Shown here piece after piece: positions 9,229-18,398 of a stretch of 64,000 nt of DNA. Within the stretch, counting starts at the first letter, position 1, and each line of letters starts with the position of its first letter. The notes beneath the pieces were generated by a model that saw only the letters and a list, made by a program, of their open reading frames with translations, did not search any database and was not told where the DNA came from. Source of the stretch: Candidatus Tokpelaia sp. JSC161. GTDB taxonomy: Bacteria > Pseudomonadota > Alphaproteobacteria > Rhizobiales > Rhizobiaceae. Position numbers and translations under genes: made by a program. The stretch covers positions 21,540 through 85,539 of the forward strand of contig QEND01000003.1 of the NCBI GenBank assembly GCA_003331105.1. Direction: 5' to 3'.

Positions 9229-9909
9229 ATGCCCCGTTCTCAACTGATTGCACCTTCAATTCTAGCCTCTGATCTATCTAAGCTAGGACAGGAAGTAGTC
9301 GATGTAGTTAAAGCCGGAGCGGATTGGATACATATTGATATCATGGACGGACACTTTACCAAAAATATTACATTCGGACCAGATGTTCTTAAGGCAATCC
9401 GGCCACTCACCAATGCTGTTTTTGATACTCATCTCATGATTACTCCATGTGAAGAACCATATATTAAGGCCTTTATCGATGCAGGTTCTGATATTATCAC
9501 AGTACACGCAGAAACTTGTCTGCATTTACAGCGGACACTCAAATATATTAGCTCGGCAGGAAAGAAAGCAGGAGTTGCGCTTAATCCCGCTACACCAGAA
9601 CACATGATTGAATATATATTAGATGATATTGATTTACTTCTTATCATGAGTGTCAATCCTGGATTCAGTGGACAAACTTTTATTCCCCAATCCCTACAAA
9701 AAATACGCCGCATAAAAAATATGATTGGCAATCGACCAATTGACATTGAAGTAGATGGTGGAATTAACGAGAATAACGTTCAATATGTCGCTGAAGCCGG
9801 TGCAAATATCTATGTCAGCGGTTCTGCGATTTATCAAGGAGGAAATCCTCAAACCTACGCATCACGCATTTCAGCAATTCGCTGCGCAGCAAAAAAAATA
9901 TCAGTGTAA
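9229..9909 (+). CDS. rpe: Ribulose-phosphate 3-epimerase
   Basis: IAPSILASD, HIDIMDGHF, MSVNPGFSGQ and VDGGIN. Start taken at ATG 9229 (MPRSQLIAPSIL) rather than ORF-track 9187. Confidence 0.9.
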   Translation: MPRSQLIAPSILASDLSKLGQEVVDVVKAGADWIHIDIMDGHFTKNITFGPDVLKAIRPLTNAVFDTHLMITPCEEPYIKAFIDAGSDIITVHAETCLHLQRTLKYISSAGKKAGVALNPATPEHMIEYILDDIDLLLIMSVNPGFSGQTFIPQSLQKIRRIKNMIGNRPIDIEVDGGINENNVQYVAEAGANIYVSGSAIYQGGNPQTYASRISAIRCAAKKISV

Positions 9910-9928
9910 GCAAAAACAGGAAAATAAT

Positions 9929-11233
9929 ATGATACCGCGTTATTCTCGCAAGAAAATGGTTGATATCTGGTCTTCAAAAAGCAAATTTCGTATTTGGTTT
10001 GAAATTGAAGCTCATGCTTGTGATGCTTTAGCTAAAATTGGGATTATTCCAGAGCAAGTCGCTCAAAACATATGGAAAAAAGGATTGGAAACGGAGTTTA
10101 ATGTTCAACGAATTGATGAAATTGAAAATATTACTAAGCATGACGTTATTGCTTTTTTAACACACCTCGCTGAAATAATTGGCCCAGATGCTCGTTTTAT
10201 CCATCAGGGCATGACATCTTCTGATATTTTAGATACTACACTCAACATACAATTAATGTATGCAAGTGATTTGTTACTTCAGGATATCGATCAGCTTCTA
10301 GCAATTTTGAAAACACGTGCTTATGAGCATAAAAATACCATGACAATTGCCCGGAGTCATGGTGTTCATGCAGAACCAACAACATTTGGAATGAAACTTG
10401 CATTTGCCTACGCAGAATTTTACCGGGGACGTAAAAGACTTATCAACGCCCGTCAAGAAATTTCAACATGTGCTATTTCCGGGGCTGTTGGCACATTTGC
10501 TCATATAGATCCACGTGTAGAAGAACATATTGCTCAAGCAATGGGTATGCAAGTAGAGCCAATATCAACACAGATTATTCCTCGTGATCGTCATGCCATG
10601 TTTTTCGCAACCCTCAGTGTTATAGCCTCATCCATTGAGCGTCTTGCTATAGAAATACGCCATTTGCAACGGACAGAACTACTGGAAGTTGAGGAATCTT
10701 TTTCTCAAGGCCAGAAAGGTTCTTCAGCCATGCCGCACAAGCGAAATCCTGTCTTGAGTGAAAACTTAACTGGTCTTGCCCGTCTCATCCGTTCCTATGC
10801 TATCCCCGCAATGGAAAATGTAGCATTGTGGCATGAACGTGATATTTCACATTCATCTGTCGAACGTTGTATTGCTCCAGATGCAACAGTGACTCTTGAT
10901 TTTGCCTTAGCTCGGTTGAGCCATGTTATCGAACATTTGGTAATATACCCGAAAAATATGATGAAAAATCTAGATCAATGCCGTGGCCTGTTATGCTCAC
11001 AAAGAGTACTCTTAGCTTTAACGCAACATGGACTTAGCCGCGAAAATGCCTATCAGTTAGTACAACGTAACGCTATGAAGGTATGGAACTATGGTGTAAA
11101 TTTTCTAGACGAACTCCTTCGTGATAAGGAAATACGCGCAGCATTATCAGAAGAAGAAATTCGTGAAAAATTTGATATGAGCTATCACACGAAACATGTC
11201 GATACTATTTTCCAACGCGTTTTTGGTAAATGA
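9929..11233 (+). CDS. purB: Adenylosuccinate lyase
   Basis: MIPRYSRKKMVDIWS..., SSAMPHKRNP. Start at ATG 9929, just after the rpe stop. The ORF-track extension back to 9755 overlaps rpe and is not protein-like. Confidence 0.9.
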   Translation: MIPRYSRKKMVDIWSSKSKFRIWFEIEAHACDALAKIGIIPEQVAQNIWKKGLETEFNVQRIDEIENITKHDVIAFLTHLAEIIGPDARFIHQGMTSSDILDTTLNIQLMYASDLLLQDIDQLLAILKTRAYEHKNTMTIARSHGVHAEPTTFGMKLAFAYAEFYRGRKRLINARQEISTCAISGAVGTFAHIDPRVEEHIAQAMGMQVEPISTQIIPRDRHAMFFATLSVIASSIERLAIEIRHLQRTELLEVEESFSQGQKGSSAMPHKRNPVLSENLTGLARLIRSYAIPAMENVALWHERDISHSSVERCIAPDATVTLDFALARLSHVIEHLVIYPKNMMKNLDQCRGLLCSQRVLLALTQHGLSRENAYQLVQRNAMKVWNYGVNFLDELLRDKEIRAALSEEEIREKFDMSYHTKHVDTIFQRVFGK

Positions 11234-11331
11234 TTCAGAGAATCAGCTGGCATCGATAAATAGGTCAACTCCTTGACTAAAAAATCAATAAAGCAGATAA
11301 AATAATCTTTCTCTTTTTTTAAGAAAGACTC

Positions 11332-11360
11332 TTGACCATAGCCAAGAGCCTCCGTATGTT
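11332..11360 (+). promoter_or_regulatory. Putative sigma70-type promoter of tRNA-Lys
   Basis: TTGACC (11332-11337), a 17-nt spacer, then TATGTT (11355-11360), 15 nt upstream of the mature tRNA 5' end. Confidence 0.35.
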
Positions 11361-11375
11361 TCAGCGCACTCTTAG

Positions 11376-11451
11376 GAGCGTGTAGCTCAGCTGGTAGAGC
11401 AACTGACTTTTAATCAGTAGGTCCAGGGTTCGAATCCCTGCACGCTCACCA
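11376..11451 (+). tRNA. tRNA-Lys (anticodon UUU), CCA encoded
   Basis: Cloverleaf read by eye: acceptor GAGCGTG/CACGCTC, D arm GCTC..GAGC, anticodon stem ACTGA/TCAGT with loop CTTTTAA, T arm CAGGG-TTCGAAT-CCCTG, then ACCA. Confidence 0.9.
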
Positions 11452-11608
11452 AATAAAACAATCTCGATCTTTTGAGAAAAAGAGCATGAATGCGTTGCAC
11501 TCTTAAAAGAGGAATTGACTCTCTTTATCTAGATGTTATTTGTCAAAAGCTATGCAGATCCATTTCTCTGCAAGATCTAAATAGCTATAAAGAGAAATCA
11601 GGAAACAT

Positions 11609-13588
11609 ATGAACCAATCCAGACAACACAATCAAATGGCAAACGCCATTCGGTTCCTTGCAATAGATGCTATTGAAAAGGCGGGCTCCGGTCATCCTGG
11701 ATTGCCTATGGGAGTAGCAGATATCGCAACTGTGCTTTATACGCGTTTTATGTCCTATGATCCTAAAAAACCTCAATGGCCAAATAGGGACCGTTTTATT
11801 CTTTCCGCCGGCCACGGATCTATGTTACTTTATTCTCTTCTTTATTTAACAGGGTATGAAGATATTACTTTAGATCATATTAAAAATTTTCGTCGCATAA
11901 AATCGCTGACAGCAGGTCATCCTGAATATGGTCATCTCGCCGGCATAGAGACAACAACAGGTCCACTTGGACAAGGTCTTGCTAATGCTGTAGGAATGGC
12001 TATCGGTGAGCAAATCATGCACAACCGTTTTAGGACGCTCATTAACCACAAAACCTATGTCTTAGCTGGTGATGGCTGTTTAATGGAAGGAATTAGCCAG
12101 GAAGCCATTTCAATTGCAGGTCATTTACAACTCAAAAATCTTATTGTTTTTTGGGATAATAATAATATCTCTATTGATGGAGAAATCCATCTTTCTGATA
12201 GTACAGACCAATGTGCACGTTTTTCCGCCTGTGGTTGGAATACAATTAAGGTAAACGGCCATGATTTCAAAGAAATTTCTCAGGCCATTGAAAAAGCACA
12301 TCAATCTGTCAAGCCAACCCTCATCGCCTGCAAAACAATAATAGGATTCGGTTCACCACATAAATCAGGGATGAATAAAGTCCATGGGGCTCCCCTAGGT
12401 CCAGATGAAATCTCTGCCACCCGTAAAGCATTAAAATGGGATGCTCCTCCATTTGTTATCCCTGATGAAATTCTTGATAATTGGCGAATGTCTGCTATCA
12501 ACGCTGCGAAAAAACGTACAGAATGGGAAAAACAATTAAGAAAAGTTGATATGAAAAAACGTGCGGAATTCGAACGTTTAATGCGCGGGGATTTACCTGA
12601 AAGCCTTGATCAGGCTATTGACGATTATAAAAAAAAATTACATGAAAATCCGCAAAATGTAGCAACTCGCCAAGCTTCTGAAATGGTACTTGAGATTATC
12701 AATGATATCCTACCTGAAACTATTGGTGGATCAGCTGATTTAACAACTTCAAACAATACGAAAACAAGACAAATGTCTAGTATCACAGCGCAAGACTTTT
12801 CTGGGAGATATATTCACTACGGTATCCGAGAGCATGCTATGGGAGCCATGATGAATGGCTTGGCTCTATACGGAGGGATAATACCTTATTCTGGAACTTT
12901 TTTATGCTTTTCTGATTACGTACGTCCAGCTATGCGTCTTTCATCCCTAATGGGAATCCGTGTTATTTATGTAATGACACATGACTCCATAGGACTTGGA
13001 GAGGATGGTCCAACACATCAACCCGTTGAGCATCTCGCCAGCTTACGTGCTCTTCCAAACCATTTTGTATTTCGCCCTGCTGATGCCACTGAAACAGCTG
13101 AATGTTGGCAAATTGCATTAAAATCAAAAAAAACCCCATCAACACTGGCTCTCACACGCCAAAAGGTACTTAACATACGTAGAGACTACAAAAGCGATAA
13201 TTTATGTGCCTTTGGTGCTTATGAAATTGAAAAAGCGAGTGACGAAGCACAAGTCACACTTTTTTCCAGTGGATCTGAGGTAAGTCTTGCTGTTTCTGCC
13301 CGTAAAGCTCTAGAAAAAAAGGGAATAAGAACCCGTGTCGTTTCTGTTCCTTGCTTTGAGCTTTTTGAACAGCAGTCAGATTCTTATAAAAAAACATTAA
13401 TTGGTCGTGCGCCTGTCAAGATCGCGATAGAAGCAGCTGTTCGTCAAGGATGGGATAGATTCATCGGTTCTCATGGCGTTTTTATCGGTATGAAGGGTTT
13501 TGGTGCGAGTGCTCCCATTGATACGCTCTACGCTCATTTCGGGATTACCGCAGACGCTATAGTTCGTGCAGCGGAGGGAAGGCTTTGA
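11609..13588 (+). CDS. tkt: Transketolase
   Basis: 659 aa with AIRFLAIDAIEKAGSGHPG, GDGCLMEG and THDSIGLGEDGPTHQP. Confidence 0.95.
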   Translation: MNQSRQHNQMANAIRFLAIDAIEKAGSGHPGLPMGVADIATVLYTRFMSYDPKKPQWPNRDRFILSAGHGSMLLYSLLYLTGYEDITLDHIKNFRRIKSLTAGHPEYGHLAGIETTTGPLGQGLANAVGMAIGEQIMHNRFRTLINHKTYVLAGDGCLMEGISQEAISIAGHLQLKNLIVFWDNNNISIDGEIHLSDSTDQCARFSACGWNTIKVNGHDFKEISQAIEKAHQSVKPTLIACKTIIGFGSPHKSGMNKVHGAPLGPDEISATRKALKWDAPPFVIPDEILDNWRMSAINAAKKRTEWEKQLRKVDMKKRAEFERLMRGDLPESLDQAIDDYKKKLHENPQNVATRQASEMVLEIINDILPETIGGSADLTTSNNTKTRQMSSITAQDFSGRYIHYGIREHAMGAMMNGLALYGGIIPYSGTFLCFSDYVRPAMRLSSLMGIRVIYVMTHDSIGLGEDGPTHQPVEHLASLRALPNHFVFRPADATETAECWQIALKSKKTPSTLALTRQKVLNIRRDYKSDNLCAFGAYEIEKASDEAQVTLFSSGSEVSLAVSARKALEKKGIRTRVVSVPCFELFEQQSDSYKKTLIGRAPVKIAIEAAVRQGWDRFIGSHGVFIGMKGFGASAPIDTLYAHFGITADAIVRAAEGRL

Positions 13589-13610
13589 TTCTCTTATAAT
13601 TTTTTTCATT

Positions 13611-13643
13611 CCTGATTCTGAAATCTTCGTGATCAGGTTTTTT
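13611..13643 (+). terminator. Weak hairpin plus T-run between tkt and gap (possible attenuator or terminator)
   Basis: CCTGAT...ATCAGG, a 6-bp stem with a large loop, followed by TTTTTT (13638-13643). Confidence 0.25.
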
Positions 13644-13671
13644 ATATAGTGATATTCAGAGGAGAATAGGC

Positions 13672-14685
13672 ATGACAGTGCGTGTAGCAATTAATGGATT
13701 CGGTCGGATTGGGCGTAATATTTTACGTGCCATAATTGAAAGTGAACGTAATGATATTGAGGTTGTTGCTATTAATGATCTTGGTCCAGTTGAAACGAAT
13801 GCCCATCTGTTGCGATATGATTCTGTACATGGGCGATTTCCCGGAAATGTTAGAGTATCGGGCAATATAATTGATGTAGGACGTGGCCCAATCAAAGTTT
13901 ATGCTGAGCAGAATCCAGAAAATCTTCCATGGAACGAAGAAGGAATTGATTTTGCTCTCGAATGTACAGGTATTTTTACAAAACGTGATCAGGCCTCATC
14001 CCACCTTATCGCGGGTGCAAAAGGTGTGATTGTCTCCGCTCCTTCGGAGGGAGCTGATCTAACAGTTGTATATGGTGTTAATCATCATCAGTTAAGTCAA
14101 GAGCATAAGGTCATTTCAAATGCTTCCTGTACCACTAATTGCCTAGCACCTGTTGTCAAGGTCATACATGATAGAATAGGCCTTGAAAAAGGGTTCATGA
14201 CTACGATACATTCCTATACGGGGGATCAACCGGTCCTAGATACCATGCACAAGGATCTTTATCGCGCTCGGGCATCCGCTTTATCTATAATTCCAACTTC
14301 CACGGGAGCAGCGAAAGCCGTAGGTTTGGTCTTACCACAACTCAAAGGGCTTATTGATGGTGTTGCTATCCGTGTACCAACACCAAATGTTTCTGTTATA
14401 GATTTTCATTTTATAGCAAAAAGAACAACCAGTATTGAGGAAATTAATGAAGCAATTCGTGAAGCAGCAAATAGCACCCTTAAGGGAATTCTCAGCTTTA
14501 CAAACGAAAAACTTGTCAGTCATGATTTCAATCATGACATACACTCCTCTATCTTTCATATGGATCAAACGAAGGTTCTTGATGGCGTGCTGTGCAGAGT
14601 CCTGTCCTGGTACGATAATGAATGGGGTTTTTCCAATCGCATGAGTGATACAGCTGTTGCCTTTGCAAAAATGATCAAGCAATAA
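13672..14685 (+). CDS. gap: Glyceraldehyde-3-phosphate dehydrogenase
   Basis: MTVRVAINGFGRIGR, SNASCTTNCLAP and WYDNEWGF. Confidence 0.95.
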   Translation: MTVRVAINGFGRIGRNILRAIIESERNDIEVVAINDLGPVETNAHLLRYDSVHGRFPGNVRVSGNIIDVGRGPIKVYAEQNPENLPWNEEGIDFALECTGIFTKRDQASSHLIAGAKGVIVSAPSEGADLTVVYGVNHHQLSQEHKVISNASCTTNCLAPVVKVIHDRIGLEKGFMTTIHSYTGDQPVLDTMHKDLYRARASALSIIPTSTGAAKAVGLVLPQLKGLIDGVAIRVPTPNVSVIDFHFIAKRTTSIEEINEAIREAANSTLKGILSFTNEKLVSHDFNHDIHSSIFHMDQTKVLDGVLCRVLSWYDNEWGFSNRMSDTAVAFAKMIKQ

Positions 14686-14725
14686 CCCTCTGCCCTTCCA
14701 TGTGCACAGCATTAAGGATCAAGCC

Positions 14726-15922
14726 ATGATGTTTCGTACGCTGAATAACGTTAATGTAAAATCTAAACGTGTTTTGCTACGTGTGGACCTAAACGTTCCT
14801 ATCAATCAGGGTCAAGTTCTAGATACAACTCGAATCCATAGGGTAAAACCAACAATTGAGGAATTATCTCGGAAAGGTGCAAAAGTCATTCTACTGACTC
14901 ACTTTGGCCGCCCAAAAGGTAAAGTGACCAATCAATATTCATTACGAGGCATTCTTCAAATTATACAAAAAATTTTAGGGTTTCCTATCTTCTTTCTCGA
15001 AAATTGTATTGGGGAAGAAGTCGAGAGACATGTTCGCTCTATGAACAACGGGGATATTCTCTTACTTGAAAATACCCGTTTCCATATAGGTGAAGAAAAA
15101 AATGATCTTGCCTTCAGTCAAGCACTTTCCATAAACGGTGATATTTATGTGAATGATGCTTTTTCTGTATCTCATCGCGCACACGCTTCCACAGAAGGAG
15201 TAGCGCACCTATTACCAGCCTATGCCGGCCGTTTAATGCAAGCTGAGCTAGAAGCATTAGAAAAAGGACTCAGCAACCCGAAAAAACCAGTGGCCGCTAT
15301 GGTAGGCGGCTCAAAAATTTCAACGAAGATTGATCTTCTAAAAAATCTACTTAAAAAAGTAGATATCCTTATCATTGGCGGCGGCATGGCTAATACCTTT
15401 CTTGCTGCAAAAAACTTCAATGTTGGTCAATCGCTCTGCGAACATGAACTAACAGAGACAGTACACACTATTATAGCGCAAGCTCAAAAAGACAATTGTG
15501 AACTTATTCTACCAAGTGATGCGGTCGTTGGCTACTCTTTCGAAGCTCAGACACCGAACAAGCAGTATAGTATAAAAACTATTCCACAAGATGGGATTAT
15601 TCTTGATATTGGAGAAAGTTCAATACAACGCTTTTCTTCTGCTCTCAGAAAAGTCGCAACACTTATATGGAACGGTCCTTTAGGTGCTTTTGAATTGCCT
15701 CCATTCGACACAGGTACACTTATTATTGCAAAACATATCGCTGAACAGACAAAGACAGGAAACCTTATTTCTATAGCTGGTGGAGGAGATACAATAGCAG
15801 CAATCAACAAAAATGGTCTTGCAAAAGATTTTACCTATATTTCAACAGCTGGAGGCGCCTTTCTTAAATGGATGGAAGGAAAAGTGCTTCCTGGAGTCTC
15901 TGTCCTCAAGCACGAGAAGTAA
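14726..15922 (+). CDS. pgk: Phosphoglycerate kinase
   Basis: RVLLRVDLNVP, SHFGRPKG and GGGDT. ATG 14726 follows an AAGGA Shine-Dalgarno; the ORF-track GTG 14702 is less likely. Confidence 0.93.
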   Translation: MMFRTLNNVNVKSKRVLLRVDLNVPINQGQVLDTTRIHRVKPTIEELSRKGAKVILLTHFGRPKGKVTNQYSLRGILQIIQKILGFPIFFLENCIGEEVERHVRSMNNGDILLLENTRFHIGEEKNDLAFSQALSINGDIYVNDAFSVSHRAHASTEGVAHLLPAYAGRLMQAELEALEKGLSNPKKPVAAMVGGSKISTKIDLLKNLLKKVDILIIGGGMANTFLAAKNFNVGQSLCEHELTETVHTIIAQAQKDNCELILPSDAVVGYSFEAQTPNKQYSIKTIPQDGIILDIGESSIQRFSSALRKVATLIWNGPLGAFELPPFDTGTLIIAKHIAEQTKTGNLISIAGGGDTIAAINKNGLAKDFTYISTAGGAFLKWMEGKVLPGVSVLKHEK

Positions 15923-15999
15923 CTTATAATTTTTTTTTTACAAAACAGTAGATATATTGATCTACACTCGACTCCTTTTTTCTATTGGAAAAAATATTT

Positions 16000-17107
16000 G
16001 TGCGTACTGAAATCGAAAATTTAATTGATGAAATCAGACAGGCTATAAGTCTGTTGAGGAGGCATCTTTGACTGGGATCAAGCTATAAAAAGGTTGGAAT
16101 ATATTAATCGATGTCTCAAAGACGAGAGCTTATGGAAAGATCCTCACCGGACAAAAAAGTTCATGCGTGAGCGCCAGTATCTTGATAAAGTCATTAATAA
16201 TATAACAGACTTAACCCGCGCATTAAACGATTCGGTTGAGCTCATTCAACTGGGAGAGGAAGAGAACGATCCTATTCTTATAGCCGATGCAGAAAAGACT
16301 ATTCGCACATTGAAAAATGAAGTTGAAAATCATCAAACAGATACGCTCCTTTCAGGAGAAGCTGATGCTAATGATACTTACTTAGAAGTGCATGCTGGTG
16401 CCGGTGGAACAGAAAGTCAAGATTGGGCCTCTATGCTTCTACGTATGTACCTACGCTGGGTCGAACGACATGTTATGCAAGCTGTTGTGATGGAAATACA
16501 TGAAGGAGAAGAAGCTGGGATTAAATCAGCTACAATCTTAATCAAAGGGCAAAGCGCTTATGGTCTTTTAAAAACAGAATCCGGTGTACATCGGCTTGTA
16601 CGTATTTCACCTTACGATTCGAGCAGCCGTCGTCATACTTCATTTGCCAGTATTTGGGTTTATCCGGTGATTGATGACAATATTAAAATTGATCTATCTG
16701 ATTCCGAAACACGCATTGATACCTATCGCGCATCCGGTGCTGGAGGACAGCATGTGAATACTACAGACTCAGCCGTTCGTATCACGCACATTCCAACCGG
16801 AATCGTTGTTCAATGCCAAGCAGAACGCTCCCAGCATAAAAACCGCGCTGCAGCATGGGAAATGTTACGTGCTCGTCTTTATGAACGCGAATTGAAAAAA
16901 CGTGAAGAATTAGCTAACATTACTGAATCTTCAAAAAGCAATATTGGATGGGGACATCAAATCCGCTCTTATGTGCTACACCCTTATCAACTTGTAAAAG
17001 ACTTACGTACCCGAGAAGAAAACACAGATCCACAAGATGTCTTGAATGGAAACATAGATGCTTTTATAAAGGCCGCTTTAGCACAACGCATTCCTGGAGG
17101 GAGCTGA
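16000..17107 (+). CDS. prfB: Peptide chain release factor 2, requires programmed +1 frameshift at 16066-16072
   Basis: Frame 0 from GTG 16000 gives VRTEIENLIDEIRQAISLLRRHL, then TGA. Skipping T16069 continues as DWDQAIKRLEYINRCL... into the 337-aa ORF with the GGQ motif (SGAGGQHVN). Confidence 0.9.
16057..16072 (+). promoter_or_regulatory. RF2 autoregulatory +1 frameshift element
   Basis: AGGAGG CAT CTT TGA C: an internal Shine-Dalgarno-like AGGAGG three nt before the slippery CTT-TGA-C, the same architecture as the classical prfB site. Confidence 0.85.
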
Positions 17108-17111
17108 TTTT

Positions 17112-17315
17112 TCAAAAATCTATAGCCCTGCCTTTTATTTCCCAATCACCATACCGCACTGGATCTAGGTCACAGAATTCCACACAAGCCTTAAAAATCT
17201 TACCCATTTTACGCCGTTCTTCCGCTTCCTCTAAGGCTCTGACTGCCTCAGGTGACAAGCATCTTCTTGAAGTCGAACTCATGATCAATCTTTCTATATT
17301 ATTTTTTCTATCCAT
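17112..17315 (-). CDS. DUF1674 / SdhAF4-like small protein
   Basis: 67 aa ending ...DPVRYGDWEIKGRAIDF, the characteristic DUF1674 C-terminus. An internal Met (MSSTS...) is an alternative start. Confidence 0.65.
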   Translation of the reverse strand: MDRKNNIERLIMSSTSRRCLSPEAVRALEEAEERRKMGKIFKACVEFCDLDPVRYGDWEIKGRAIDF

Positions 17316-17371
17316 TTATGCGAGAAAAATACATACAATTGAGAAAACAACAATTCTGAAAGGAAATTGTC

Positions 17372-18232
17372 ATGAATGCAATACGGACTGCCATGCTTAT
17401 GGCTTTCATGAGCGCTCTTTGTATGGTGATCGGATATCTTATCGGCGGTTGGAGTGGAACACTCCTTGCCTTCTTTACAAGCACAGCAATCAATTTTTTT
17501 TATTACTGGTATTCAGATACAATAGTCTTGCACATATACGGGGCAAAGGAATCCAATTCCGAGTCTTTTCCTGAATACCATCAGATCGTTACAAACCTTG
17601 CGAACCAAGCAAATATTCAAAAGCCAAGACTTTATATTATTCAGAACAAACAGCCAAATGCCTTTGCTACAGGTCGGAATCCGCAAAAGTGAGCCATTGC
17701 TGTGACTACTATCCTTTAACGAATTATCTGGTGTCTTATCACATGAACTAGCACATATAAAAAACCGTGACACCCTCACAATGACCCTCAGCGCAAAATT
17801 CGCTGGAACTATTTCTATGCTTGCTAATCTTGGTCTTTTTCTAAAAACCGAGCGTGATGATACCCCACATTCAGGCACTTTCAGCAGCGGGATAGCGATG
17901 ATCATTGCACCTTTTGCAGCGTTTATAGTACAAATGGCTATTAGTCGGACAAGAGAATATGCCGCGGATCGGAGAGGAGCAGAAATTTGTGGAAACCCAC
18001 TCTGGCTCTCGTTAGCTTTAGAAAAACTTGCATATGCTGCGCGTGAAAATGTTAACTTAGATGCTGAAAATAATACAGCAACCGCCCACATGTTTATTAT
18101 CCATTAAGCGCTCAAGGAAAAGATAATATTTTTTCAACTCATCCACAAACAAAAAACCGGATTGCTGCCTTGCAGCAATTAGCTCAAAAAATGGACAAAT
18201 TAAAAAAACCAGCATGGATGCAAATAAAATAG
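17372..18232 (+). pseudogene. htpX: htpX (M48 zinc protease) pseudogene: nonsense codon plus two frameshifts
   Basis: The HtpX-like reading is split over three frames. MNAIRTAML...NAFATGRNPQK stops at TGA 17690. [23 protein letters not shown]...HMFII stops at TAA 18105. [28 protein letters not shown]... runs to TAG 18230-18232. Confidence 0.8.
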
Positions 18233-18253
18233 AATCAGAGCTTTACTCCTTCT

Positions 18254-18327
18254 TGGAGCGGATGGCGGGAATCGAACCCGCACACTCAGCTTGGGAAGCT
18301 AACAGGCTACCATTACATCACACCCGC
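18254..18327 (-). tRNA. tRNA-Gly (anticodon CCC), CCA encoded
   Basis: The reverse complement GCGGGTG..TTAGC-TTCCCAA-GCTGA..GCGGG-TTCGATT-CCCGC-CATCCGC-TCCA folds as a cloverleaf with anticodon loop TTCCCAA. Confidence 0.9.
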
Positions 18328-18398
18328 TTCCCAGCATAACTAGCACGACTGATAAGAAGAAGGAAAGAAAAATTTTACCCACAGGAATAAAACGATCT

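Noticed and set aside
9755-9928. Long N-terminal extensions suggested by the ORF track for purB, and similarly for sucA, sucB, sucD, hemD, the mitofilin gene, zapE, ilvE and leuB.
   Set aside because: The extensions overlap the preceding gene and are not family-like. Internal ATG or GTG codons placed right after the upstream stop, often with a Shine-Dalgarno, give N-termini matching the families.
16948-17574. 208-aa plus-strand ORF spanning the prfB 3' end, the DUF1674 gene (antisense) and the htpX 5' end.
   Set aside because: It overlaps three better-supported genes in other frames. Its composition is not protein-like (rich in Ser, Arg, Cys and His, with no recognisable motifs). Most likely a chance open frame.
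17513-18091. 192-aa minus-strand ORF antisense to htpX.
   Set aside because: It lies entirely within the htpX pseudogene on the opposite strand, has no recognisable motifs and no plausible Shine-Dalgarno. This is a typical shadow ORF.
18097-18147. DnaA-box-like strings (TTATCCAT, TCATCCACA).
   Set aside because: These are isolated imperfect matches inside the htpX pseudogene, with no AT-rich unwinding element or clustering. The origin is expected near hemE instead.
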